The notes under the pieces were generated by a model that was not told the origin of the DNA, did not search any database, and saw only the letters and a program-made list of their open reading frames with translations. From an uncultured Hyphomicrobiales bacterium (GTDB lineage: Bacteria > Pseudomonadota > Alphaproteobacteria > Rhodospirillales > 2-12-FULL-67-15), in the NCBI GenBank assembly GCA_964365645.1, contig CAYIQU010000001.1, forward strand, positions 1 to 26,470: a DNA stretch of 26,470 nt. Reading direction: 5' to 3'. Made by a program: the position numbers and the translations under genes. Below, one piece after another: positions 1 to 8,648 of this stretch. Positions within the stretch are counted from its first letter, which is position 1, and every line of letters begins with the position of its first letter.

Positions 1-738
1 ATTCCCACCGATGCCGAAACAACCGTCGTGGTCCGATTGAAAGAGTTGGGCGCGAGCGTTCATGTCTGCCCGCGTCCGCCAGGAACGCCCGGCGATCCTT
101 GCGTGCACGCGTATCGCCACGCCGTTCAGGCGGGCGCCCTGCCCTTTTCCGTGCAGGGAAATCAAAACGGACTTGCCGTCGAGGGCGGATATACGCTGGG
201 ATGGGAATTGGCGGAACAATTGACCGCCAACCATGCGACGCCGGATTCTCTATTCATCCAGGTCGGCGGCGGCGCGCTGGCCAGCGGAGTCATGCAGGGC
301 ATGGCCGAGGCGATGTCTGACGGCACGATCGAATCCCTGCCCCGCCTGTTTGCCGTGCAAACAGAAGGTGCCTGGCCGCTGGTTCGCGCCTGGCGGACAT
401 TCAGCACCCAAAACGCTTCCGTCGCCGATGCGGCCAGACACAGATCCCGATACATGCGCCCATGGGAAAGCACGCCGCACAGCATTGCCCACGGAATTCT
501 CGACGACGAGACCTATGACTGGTTGGCCGTTGTGGACTTTATGACTCGGACAGGCGGCGATGCACTGATCGCAGCGGAGACGGATATTGCCGCAGCCAAC
601 GCCGCCGCGAAAGAAGTAACCGGGATTTCCGTTTCCGCCACGGGATCAGCCGGACTGGCCGGACTGCTGGCGCCATCGATTCGCTCGGCAAAACCAGCAA
701 GTATAATCGCCCTGCTGACCGGCCGCGAACGAAGCTAA
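1..738 (+). CDS. PLP-dependent fold-type II enzyme (threonine synthase/dehydratase-like), 5'-truncated by the window edge
   Basis: Frame 1 is open from base 1 (IPTDAETTVVVRLKELG...). Motifs EGGYTLGWELAEQ, PDSLFIQVGGGAL (PLP phosphate loop), RLFAVQTEGAWPL, SIAHGI and SATGSAGLAGL. The N-terminal catalytic Lys lies outside the window. Confidence 0.8.
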   Translation: MPTDAETTVVVRLKELGASVHVCPRPPGTPGDPCVHAYRHAVQAGALPFSVQGNQNGLAVEGGYTLGWELAEQLTANHATPDSLFIQVGGGALASGVMQGMAEAMSDGTIESLPRLFAVQTEGAWPLVRAWRTFSTQNASVADAARHRSRYMRPWESTPHSIAHGILDDETYDWLAVVDFMTRTGGDALIAAETDIAAANAAAKEVTGISVSATGSAGLAGLLAPSIRSAKPASIIALLTGRERS

Positions 739-829
739 TGTCAGATGTTCGTGGCGCCCGCTCCCGAACTTGAACCGGCCCTCTTGAAATAAAGGTGGCC
801 CGTTGCGGGGTCTCATTGAACCCTTGGGG

Positions 830-862
830 ATTTTAAGTCGGATTTTGAATTATTAAGAATCA
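830..862 (+). repeat. Degenerate 33-bp AT-rich dispersed repeat, copy 1
   Basis: ATTTTAAGTCGGATTTTGAATTATTAAGAATCA matches 18558-18590 at 25/33 ungapped positions, in the same orientation. Confidence 0.45.
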
Positions 863-952
863 GCGGCCCGAATTGACGTTTAATACCCCCTCGAAAGGGC
901 CGCGCTGCCCAGGGATTTAGCAATATCGGAAAATCCGTTTTATATCGAGCCC

Positions 953-2344
953 CTATCGCTCGATCCTGTAGCGGCGCATTTTCTCCCAGAGCGTTTTTCG
1001 GGAAATGCCGAGTTCTTCCGCGGCCCTGGCGATCGCCCATTTGTGGCGGGTGAGCGATGTTCGGATGGCTTGTTGTTCGGCCCCTTCCATTTGAGCCTTG
1101 AGCGCCGGCGGACCGTTGGAACTACCTTCATCCGCCGCCCCTCCGGATTCCAGGGTGAACAGGTCGTGCTCCTCGATCTGGCTGCCGTCGCAGAAAGTAA
1201 TCGCCCGTTCAATCGCATTTCTGAGTTCCCGCGCGTTGCCGGGCAACGGCCTGGACAACAACTGCGCCAACGCCGCGCCCGAAAGTCCGGTGATCCGCTT
1301 TTCCGCCGCCATCGGATCAAGCGCGATGAATCGCTCCGCCAGGAACGGAATATCCTCGAGACGCTCGCGCAACGGGGGTATTTCGATATGAATGACATTA
1401 AGCCGCCAGTAGAGATCGGCGCGAAATCGACCGGCGTTGATCGCGGCCTTGATGTCCTCTTGAGTCGCCGCGATAACCCGCACGTCGAGCCGTATCGAAT
1501 CGTTGCCGCCGACCCGCTCGACGATGCGTTCTTGCAATACGCGCAGGAGCTTGACTTGCGTCTCGGGCGGAATCTCGGCGATCTCATCGAGAAAAATGGT
1601 TCCGCCTTGTGCCTGCTCGAATCGGCCGATCCGGCGCCGGTCCGCCCCGGTGAACGCGCCCTTTTCGTGCCCGAATAGTTCGCTTTCAACCAGCCCGGCC
1701 GGTATCGCGGCGCAATTGACTTTGACGAATGGCGCACCGGCGCGGGCACTGTTCGCATGGATCAAGTTGGCCATCACTTCCTTGCCGACGCCCGATTCAC
1801 CGGTAATCAACACGGAACTGTTTCCCTGGGCCACGCGCGGCACCAGCCGCTCGAGCCGGCGCATGATCGCGCGTCGTCCAAGGACAACCGATCCCGTGCG
1901 AACGGGCGCGCCGTCCGGACCGATCATCCCGGCCGACTGGCGCATATCCGAAATCCGCGCCAGCAATCGCCGCACCAGGCCAACGAAGGCATCCATCGCG
2001 AATGGCTTGGTCAAATAGTCAACCGCCCCAGCCTTGACCACTTCGACCGCTTCCGGAATGGAACCAAACCCGGTCATCAGCACCACGGGCAGCCCCGGAA
2101 AGTGCCGGGAAACGTTATCAAAGAGGTCTCGGCCCGTCCCATCGGGCAGCCGGATATCCGTCACGATCAGGTCGATGGCGCCTTTTTCCAGCGCGGACTG
2201 CGCTTCCGCCAAGGACCCCGCCGAAACAACCTGGATTTTCTCCAGGCCCAGCCGGTCTTGAAGAGATAGACGCATGATCTCGTCGTCTTCCACCAGCAGG
2301 ACCGAAAGGTCGCCGAAATCCGAAGAGGGTGCGTTGTCGTTCAT
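953..2344 (-). CDS. Sigma54-dependent NtrC-family response regulator (AioR/ArxR-like position)
   Basis: Receiver domain (LLVEDD, VTDIRLPD, YLTKPF), AAA+ domain with Walker A GESGVGKE, GAFTGA loop and FLDEI, and a C-terminal Fis-type HTH (AAEELGISRKTLWEKM). Start reassigned to ATG 2344: ATGA overlap with the kinase stop and a GGAGGA upstream. Confidence 0.95.
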   Translation of the reverse strand: MNDNAPSSDFGDLSVLLVEDDEIMRLSLQDRLGLEKIQVVSAGSLAEAQSALEKGAIDLIVTDIRLPDGTGRDLFDNVSRHFPGLPVVLMTGFGSIPEAVEVVKAGAVDYLTKPFAMDAFVGLVRRLLARISDMRQSAGMIGPDGAPVRTGSVVLGRRAIMRRLERLVPRVAQGNSSVLITGESGVGKEVMANLIHANSARAGAPFVKVNCAAIPAGLVESELFGHEKGAFTGADRRRIGRFEQAQGGTIFLDEIAEIPPETQVKLLRVLQERIVERVGGNDSIRLDVRVIAATQEDIKAAINAGRFRADLYWRLNVIHIEIPPLRERLEDIPFLAERFIALDPMAAEKRITGLSGAALAQLLSRPLPGNARELRNAIERAITFCDGSQIEEHDLFTLESGGAADEGSSNGPPALKAQMEGAEQQAIRTSLTRHKWAIARAAEELGISRKTLWEKMRRYRIER

Positions 2345-3825
2345 ATCTCCCAATCCTCCTTCGGCGCTATTTTCAGGCCGGGCAGCCGAACACGGAATAA
2401 ACTTCCCTTTTCGATTTCGCTTTGCACCTCGATCGTTCCGCTCATGCTTTCCACCAACCGATAAGTGATCCAAAGGCCCAATCCGGTGCCCGAACTGCGG
2501 GTCGTGAAAAAGGGATCGAACAGACGACTGAGGTTTTCCTCCGGAATACCGCTGCCGTTATCCTCGGCTTCGATGATGACCGCATCTCCATCGAGATAAG
2601 CGCGAAACGCAAGATCGCCGGCATTGCCAAGCGCCTGTATTCCGTTGCGCAACAGATTCAACGCTACCTGCTGTACTTTCTGCGAATTCAGGCGCACGTC
2701 ATCACCCAAGCGGTTTTCCCATTCGAAGGAAATCTTCCGATCCCCGATCTCGGCAAGAATCAATTCGCGGACGTCATCGAGGCACTGCCCGCCGGCGAAC
2801 TGTTCAGCCCCTTCGGCCCGCAACTCCACCAGCAACGCCTGGACAATGGTGCTAATTCGGTTCAGGCCCTTTTCAATCAAGGGAAGATAGCGTGCCGCCA
2901 GATTGGTATCCTCCGGATGCGCCTTCAGGGTGTCGATGCAATTCAGCATCCCCGCCAAGGGATTGTTGACCTCATGCGCCACACCCGCCGCGATCCGGCC
3001 CAGCGCCACGAGTTTCTCCGAAACCGCCAATTGCTGCTCGAGTTTCTGCTTTTCGGAAAGCTCCTGGGTCATGCGGTTGAAGGCGCCGACCAAATGATCG
3101 ATTTCGTCATCGGTATGTTCCGCCACCGCCGGCACCGTCCCGACCTCGCCACGGCCGACCGTGTCCATCGCCGCCGCCAGCGCATGAACGGGGCGAACCA
3201 GGCGATTGGATATAATCGCCCCCAGGCCGCTGCCCAATATGACCAGCACGAAAGTCAGGCTGAGAATGGTGATCGTCGCCGAACGGGTTTGCGCCCTGAT
3301 TTCATCCGTCGATAAGCGCAGCCGCACGATGCCATGGATAGACTCGCCCGAGCGGATCGGCACGACTCCTTCGATGAATCCGGCGCCACCGTGGATCACA
3401 CTGGTGGTACGCATTTCGAGAGCCCGCCGAAGTAACGCGCCCTCGGCGGGATTTTGCTCCGATATCCGCCGCCCAAGAGGATGGATTCCGGGATCGAGAT
3501 GCGCGATCACGCGACCATCGGGATCGAGAACCATGGCCGTGAGAATACGGGCGTCGCGGGCGCCTCCCGCGGAACGGGCGGTCATTTGCCGAAGCGTCTT
3601 GTAAACAGCCCAGTAATCATTGCTCGCTGCCGCTTCCGATGCCGTCGCGGCGATGGCACGGCCAAGAACAAGCGCTCGCTCCTCGATCGAGGCCTCAAGA
3701 CGACTGCGTTCTTGGGTTATAATCGCGATCCCGATCGTGAACGCAACCGCGGCGGTTACCGCCGTAATGGTCAATGGCAGCTTGGCTAGAAGGCTCCAGT
3801 GTCGGGGGTGTCGAAATCTGATCAT
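2341..3825 (-). CDS. Membrane sensor histidine kinase (2 TM, HAMP, HisKA, HATPase_c)
   Basis: Two hydrophobic segments flank a periplasmic domain. HAMP (DEIDHLVGAFNRM), H-box AHEVNNPL, N-box NLLRNGIQA, DNGSGI, FDPFFTT and GTGLGL. ATGA overlap with the upstream gene. Confidence 0.95.
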   Translation of the reverse strand: MIRFRHPRHWSLLAKLPLTITAVTAAVAFTIGIAIITQERSRLEASIEERALVLGRAIAATASEAAASNDYWAVYKTLRQMTARSAGGARDARILTAMVLDPDGRVIAHLDPGIHPLGRRISEQNPAEGALLRRALEMRTTSVIHGGAGFIEGVVPIRSGESIHGIVRLRLSTDEIRAQTRSATITILSLTFVLVILGSGLGAIISNRLVRPVHALAAAMDTVGRGEVGTVPAVAEHTDDEIDHLVGAFNRMTQELSEKQKLEQQLAVSEKLVALGRIAAGVAHEVNNPLAGMLNCIDTLKAHPEDTNLAARYLPLIEKGLNRISTIVQALLVELRAEGAEQFAGGQCLDDVRELILAEIGDRKISFEWENRLGDDVRLNSQKVQQVALNLLRNGIQALGNAGDLAFRAYLDGDAVIIEAEDNGSGIPEENLSRLFDPFFTTRSSGTGLGLWITYRLVESMSGTIEVQSEIEKGSLFRVRLPGLKIAPKEDWEI

Positions 3826-4697
3826 GGACGTGGTATCGCGATCATCCGGGCCTTCATGTTCTCGGCATTGCGACGGATACCGTCGAATACCTTGGGATCC
3901 GGCGGCGAGAATCGATCCAGGGCCAAATCCCTGAGCAGCCGCCGCCCCTCGGCATCCTCGTTCATTTTGATGATGGCTTCGGCCATGCGCCGGTTCAAAT
4001 CGCGATTGCCGTGACGCAGCGCAACGATGGGCGGAAACCCGAACAATTCGGAACGGGAAATAACCTTGGTTCTTTTGGTCAGCTGCGGTTGCGTGCGTGC
4101 CAGATATTCCCAGACGTAAGAATCGACCGCGCCGCCCTCGGCCACTTTTTCCGCCACGGCCTCTATGGTTTCAGCATGGCTATAGGTGAAAAAAGTCAAA
4201 CGGAAAAACGCGTCCGGGTTTTTGCCGAGCTTCAAAACAAGCGAGCGCGGCACCAAGTATCCCGAATTCGAGTCAGGATCGGAAAAAGCAAATGTTCGAT
4301 CTTCAAGATCGGCCAGTCCTTCCAGCGGGCTGTCCCGATGTACGATCGTGTAGGAGCGATAGAGCGGCGCCCCCTCGAATTCCGGCAGCGCCAGCAAATC
4401 GAAGAATCCTTGGTCGCTGTGGCGCACGTAGGGATATCCGCAGATCCAAGCGAAATCGACCTGCCCGGTTTCCAGCAATTCCATGACCTCGCGGTAGGAA
4501 CGGCGCTGCACAAACTGAACCGGACGCCCGACTTTCTGGGCCAGATAGCGGCTCCAAGCCTGGTAGAAGGGAACGTTCTCGCGCACCACGACGGCGGTCA
4601 GCCCGAAACGCACCGGCGCCGGCTCGGCGGCGCGCGCCGGCAGGGCGAAGAAAAACGCGACAACTAACAACGCAAGAACACGCGGCCGGGGCGTCAT
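3822..4697 (-). CDS. Periplasmic PhnD-fold oxyanion-binding protein, AioX/ArxX-like, acting with the two-component system
   Basis: Sec signal (…FALPARA|AEP). Phosphonate-binding-family motifs YRSYTIV, FAFSDPDSNSGYLVP and GAVDSYVW, plus FAWICGYPY with a Cys. No ABC permease or ATPase nearby; translationally coupled to the kinase. Confidence 0.85.
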   Translation of the reverse strand: MTPRPRVLALLVVAFFFALPARAAEPAPVRFGLTAVVVRENVPFYQAWSRYLAQKVGRPVQFVQRRSYREVMELLETGQVDFAWICGYPYVRHSDQGFFDLLALPEFEGAPLYRSYTIVHRDSPLEGLADLEDRTFAFSDPDSNSGYLVPRSLVLKLGKNPDAFFRLTFFTYSHAETIEAVAEKVAEGGAVDSYVWEYLARTQPQLTKRTKVISRSELFGFPPIVALRHGNRDLNRRMAEAIIKMNEDAEGRRLLRDLALDRFSPPDPKVFDGIRRNAENMKARMIAIPRP

Positions 4698-5497
4698 CGC
4701 TCATTCCTCCCTTTTGGCAATGCTCTTGCGGCACTGTCCAAAACAACGTCACGCGGATCGGGCTCGTCAAAAGGACCGGGACGGAAACGATAAACAGCCC
4801 GTGCTTCCACGAACAGCGCGCCGGATCGATCCGGTATCGCAAACTCAATAATAGCAGGTTTGCCGCGAACGAGGCTAAGGTCTTTCCAATGTCCCTCCCC
4901 ATCCCGCACCCAGCCGAACCTGTGCAAATCGCGCCAAACCGGCAGTCCGCGTTCATTGCGTCCGACGACTTCCAGCCAGACCGACCGGCCGGTCGTTCCC
5001 CCCGGCAGGGCATGGCCGGCCCGGTGCGAAATCCGCAGCAACGCGGTCCAGTTTTCTTTCTCCCGTCGCAAGTGCAAATCCAAGCGAGCCACTCCATCGA
5101 GAAAACCCGGCCGGCTCGGACCCTGAAAATCATGACCAGCCGCGTGGCAGGCGCGGCAATCGGTCGCCGCCGCCGCGCTGCGGACCGTATTTTCTCCAGG
5201 CGCGTCATGGCAGCGCGCGCAAATCTCCGCCGCCGATCCTGTCGCCCGGCCATGACCGTCCGCCCCATGGCAGTCCCCGCAGACCAGACCGTTTCCGCCG
5301 CTGGGCGCGTGACACGATCGGCAGGCCCCGGATTGCCCGGCTTCGGACTGGCTCGCGTGAAAATCCGGACTCGACGCCGCCCGGGCCATCGCCGAGCGCG
5401 CGAATTCGTCGGCTTGGCGTGGATGACACGCGGCGCAATCCACCGCGCCCACCGGACAGGCCGAGACCAAAACCAATAACGCCATCAGCCACCGCAT
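4694..5497 (-). CDS. Exported pentaheme c-type cytochrome (267 aa)
   Basis: Five CxxCH motifs (CAACH, CRSCH, CGDCH, CARCH, CRACH). N-terminal signal MRWLMALLVLVSAC (possible lipobox VSAC, or SPase I site VGA|VD). Start 5497 overlaps the upstream stop (TAATG). Confidence 0.85.
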   Translation of the reverse strand: MRWLMALLVLVSACPVGAVDCAACHPRQADEFARSAMARAASSPDFHASQSEAGQSGACRSCHAPSGGNGLVCGDCHGADGHGRATGSAAEICARCHDAPGENTVRSAAAATDCRACHAAGHDFQGPSRPGFLDGVARLDLHLRREKENWTALLRISHRAGHALPGGTTGRSVWLEVVGRNERGLPVWRDLHRFGWVRDGEGHWKDLSLVRGKPAIIEFAIPDRSGALFVEARAVYRFRPGPFDEPDPRDVVLDSAARALPKGRNER

Positions 5498-5970
5498 TAC
5501 CGGTACTCCTGAGCGGGTTCGTTTTGTTCGCAGAGCCCACGAGGAATGATGAATGGAACTGTTCCGGGCACCGCGAAGCTGCCCGGGGTTTCCACCGGCA
5601 AGCCAGCCGCGCGCCAAGCCGAGAAGCCGCCCTCCAGCACAAGAACCGCGTACCCCGCCCCGCGCAATCGTCGCGCCCAGGCCGCTTGCCGGGAGGCATC
5701 GCCCGGTTCGATCAGCACCGCGGTTCCGCCCCGGCTGTCCGGCAGGAATCCCTCCGGGTCAAGGCCTCCCCGTAGCGCGCCGGGAACGGTCCCGGCCGAA
5801 TAAGCGTCGGCGTCGCGTAGATCAAGAATCAACGGCGGTGTGCGTCCGGATGATCGCCGCGCCAGTTCGGCGGCGGAGATCGCGCCGATGTCGTTAGCGT
5901 AAGCGGAGACAAAAAGAGTCAAGAAAACGGCGAGAACGGCGGCGGCCTTTCGCACGAGCCTTGCCGTCAT
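5497..5970 (-). CDS. Exported rhodanese-fold protein lacking the active-site Cys (157 aa)
   Basis: Signal peptide (…FVSAYA|ND). Rhodanese motifs LILDLRDADAYSAGTVPGA and VLEGGFSAWRAAGLPVE. The active-site loop reads VLIEPGDASR. Start 5970 by ATGA overlap. Confidence 0.85.
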   Translation of the reverse strand: MTARLVRKAAAVLAVFLTLFVSAYANDIGAISAAELARRSSGRTPPLILDLRDADAYSAGTVPGALRGGLDPEGFLPDSRGGTAVLIEPGDASRQAAWARRLRGAGYAVLVLEGGFSAWRAAGLPVETPGSFAVPGTVPFIIPRGLCEQNEPAQEYR

Positions 5971-6692
5971 ACCGCCGCGCTTGATCGCTTGAACGGCTGC
6001 AGCGGCAGTTCGCGCCCAAGGGCCGCGCTCAGTTCCTCGAGACTCCACGTAGCGGCAACGGTTGTCGCGACGATCGCCGCCTGAGCCCCGCCTTCGGCGC
6101 GCAACGTCGCGAGGTGACGCGGTTCGGTCGCGCCGCCCGAAAGCCAAAGACCGCCTTTGTAATTCCGCCGCGCCCGCTCCAACAACTCCAGGTCCAGGCC
6201 GTTGCCTTTCTCGGCCGCGTCAAACCCATGCAGCCAAACCGTCACGAACCCCAATTCGGTCGCACGCGCCAGCCACGCGTCGGTCGTCTGTTCGCCGTCG
6301 CTGACGTTGAAGCCGCGAATTGCCGCCGTGTCGGGGACAAAAACGCGAAAGCCCTCGCCAGGATAGCGATCACCCATTTCATAAATCACCTGCGGCCGAT
6401 ACCCCCCGGTGCGCGGCACCCAAACCAGATCGGGAAATCGATCGCGGCACCGTGCGGTTTCTTCCAGGCCTTCGGCCACCCATGCCGTGCGCGGCAGGCC
6501 GATCCAGGGGGTTTTTTCGGCGGGCATTCCGCGCAGGATGACGAACCCCGGGCCGGCGTCATCGGCGCCGTGAACGGCCGGATCGAGGATGCGCCCGTCG
6601 ACCAGCGCCGCCAGTTCCTGGGGCAAGTCCGCTTCGTCGAATTCGACCGCGAAGTGAAACGGCAACGTGGGTACGGTTGGCTTATCATTCAT
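5967..6692 (-). CDS. HisA/HisF-like (beta/alpha)8-barrel protein, divergent
   Basis: The C-terminal half resembles HisA/HisF (ELGFVTVWLHGFD…GNGLDLELLERAR…LWLSGGA…HLATL…GAQAAIV); the N-terminal half is poorly conserved. Overlaps both neighbours. Confidence 0.6.
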   Translation of the reverse strand: MNDKPTVPTLPFHFAVEFDEADLPQELAALVDGRILDPAVHGADDAGPGFVILRGMPAEKTPWIGLPRTAWVAEGLEETARCRDRFPDLVWVPRTGGYRPQVIYEMGDRYPGEGFRVFVPDTAAIRGFNVSDGEQTTDAWLARATELGFVTVWLHGFDAAEKGNGLDLELLERARRNYKGGLWLSGGATEPRHLATLRAEGGAQAAIVATTVAATWSLEELSAALGRELPLQPFKRSSAAV

Positions 6693-7593
6693 CGACCAGT
6701 CTCCTCCAGAACGCGTCGCTTTCGGCCGGATCCATTTTCCCCCGCCCCTTGCGGTCGCGCTCGAGAGCCTCCAGCGTCTTGCCCGCCAAGTCGCCGAAGG
6801 CTTTCGCCGCCGCGCTTTGCGGGGATGCCGTCACCAACGGCGAGCCGTCGTCGGCCGCCGATTGCGCGGCGGGATCGAGGGGAACACGGCCGAGAAACGG
6901 AACGTGCCGGCGTTTCGCCAGCGCCTCGACCTGCCCGGCGCCGAACAGGGGCTGCTCCTCGCCGCAGCAGGGACAAATAAACGTGAACATATTTTCGACC
7001 AACCCAAAAACGGGGATGTCCAGCTCGTGAAACATGGCGATGCCGCGCTCGGCGTCGATGGTCGCCAATTTTTGCGGCGTCGAAACGATCACCGCTCCGG
7101 CGACAGGTATTTGCTCGAGGATCGTCAACTGCACATCGCCGGTTCCAGGCGGCAGGTCGACCAGCAGCACATCGAGGTCGGGCCAGGCCACCTCGCGAAA
7201 CATCTGCACCGTCGCCTGCGTGATGATCGGACCTTTCCAGGCCAAGGTCGCTTCGGGGGGTACCAGATTGCCCATGGACACCGACCATATCCCATGCGCG
7301 AAGGCAGGCACGGCACGCCCCTGCTCGTCGGTTGCCAGCCCTTCGCCGCTGCCCAACATCCGGGCCACCGAGGGACCGGTGAGATCGGCGTCCAAAACGC
7401 CGGTCCGCAATCCACGCGCGGTCAAGGACGCCGCCAGGTTGACGGTCAAGGTCGATTTTCCGACGCCGCCCTTGCCGCTGGCGATCAGGACGACGTCGCG
7501 CACGCCGGGGATCACGGCCAAGGCGGTCTCGGGCGCGATTTCGGCATCCGCCTCTTTCCCGCCGCATTCGCAATTTGTTCCGCACCCGGTCAT
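6685..7593 (-). CDS. Mrp/ApbC/NBP35 Fe-S cluster carrier ATPase with a Cys-rich N-terminus
   Basis: Deviant Walker A GKGGVGKST, DADLTGPS, DLPPGTGD and ENMFTFICPCC. N-terminus MTGCGTNCEC. Confidence 0.92.
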   Translation of the reverse strand: MTGCGTNCECGGKEADAEIAPETALAVIPGVRDVVLIASGKGGVGKSTLTVNLAASLTARGLRTGVLDADLTGPSVARMLGSGEGLATDEQGRAVPAFAHGIWSVSMGNLVPPEATLAWKGPIITQATVQMFREVAWPDLDVLLVDLPPGTGDVQLTILEQIPVAGAVIVSTPQKLATIDAERGIAMFHELDIPVFGLVENMFTFICPCCGEEQPLFGAGQVEALAKRRHVPFLGRVPLDPAAQSAADDGSPLVTASPQSAAAKAFGDLAGKTLEALERDRKGRGKMDPAESDAFWRRLVDE

Positions 7594-8648
7594 GCCCGAA
7601 TCTCCCTTGAAGACTTAGCCGATCCGGCCAGAAACTCCGCCAGGGTCCGCACCGCTTCAGCCATCGGCGAGTCCGGCAAAGCCAAGATCGCCGGATTGCC
7701 CGTGTCGCTGACGCCAACGACATCGGGCAGGAAAGGAATACGCGCCAGCAATGGCAAGCCCGTTTCTTCCGCCAAGGTCCGGCCGCCGCCCGTCCCAAAC
7801 AAGGCATGCGCGGCGCCGCACCGCCGGCAGACAAGGCCGGCCATGTTCTCGACAATGCCGAGACAGGGCACGGCGATGTCGGCGAACATTTCAAGGCCGC
7901 GCCGGACGTCCTGCACCGAGGTTTGCCCCGGCTGGGTCACCGCGATCACCCCGGACAGACCGGCATGCCGCGCGACGGCAAGATGAACGTCGGATGTTCC
8001 CGGGGGCAAATCGACCAGCAGCAGATCGAGGGGCCCCCAATCCACCTCGGTCATAAGCTGCGGCAGGCCTTCATCCACCAAGGACCCACGCCAGATCAGC
8101 GCCTTTTCGGCCGGCAGCAGAAATCCGAGCGACATGACCTTGATCCCGAAAGCCTCGCGTGGGGCAATGCGTTTCCCGTCGTCGGTGGTTTCCGCCCGCC
8201 CGGACACTCCGAGCAAGGTCGGGGCCGAGGGACCGTAGACGTCGGCGTCGAGGAGGCCGACGCGCAAGCCCCGTTCCGCCAGCGCCACCGCTAGATTCGC
8301 CGTCAGCGTCGATTTTCCGACTCCGCCTTTCCCGCTGTGAACACCAATGACCCGATCCACGCCGGGCAATCCGCCCTCGGCCAAACGTCGGGGCCGCGGC
8401 TTCACCACCACCCGTATGACACCCGGAACGGCGCGCACGAGATCGGTCAACACCTCGGCCAGGGATTCCGCGTCCTCGCCGCCGACGCGGTCCGTGTTCA
8501 TCAGCACCCGCACCGCGCCGCCGGTCGCCACCACTTCGTGCACCAGCCCGGCGCTCAACACATCGGGCCCGCCCTCGCCCACGGTCACCGCGGCAATGGC
8601 CTTGAGCACGCGCTCTTCCAAAATCTCCGGCGATATCGATGGGGTCAT
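7590..8648 (-). CDS. Mrp/ApbC/NBP35 Fe-S cluster carrier ATPase with an N-terminal DUF59-like domain
   Basis: GKGGVGKST, DADVYGPS, DLPPGTSD and ENMAGLVCRRC. The ~95-aa N-terminal extension resembles DUF59 (DVLSAGLVHEV). Confidence 0.92.
   Translation of the reverse strand: MTPSISPEILEERVLKAIAAVTVGEGGPDVLSAGLVHEVVATGGAVRVLMNTDRVGGEDAESLAEVLTDLVRAVPGVIRVVVKPRPRRLAEGGLPGVDRVIGVHSGKGGVGKSTLTANLAVALAERGLRVGLLDADVYGPSAPTLLGVSGRAETTDDGKRIAPREAFGIKVMSLGFLLPAEKALIWRGSLVDEGLPQLMTEVDWGPLDLLLVDLPPGTSDVHLAVARHAGLSGVIAVTQPGQTSVQDVRRGLEMFADIAVPCLGIVENMAGLVCRRCGAAHALFGTGGGRTLAEETGLPLLARIPFLPDVVGVSDTGNPAILALPDSPMAEAVRTLAEFLAGSAKSSREIRA

Noticed and set aside
1-738. Cysteate synthase (tempting given the nearby sulfonate genes)
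   Set aside because: Only generic fold-type II PLP motifs are visible, the gene is truncated, and it is 18 kb away from the sau block on the other strand.
3822-4697. Phosphonate ABC transporter binding protein phnD
   Set aside because: There are no phnC/phnE genes; it is coupled to a kinase and carries the WICG Cys motif.
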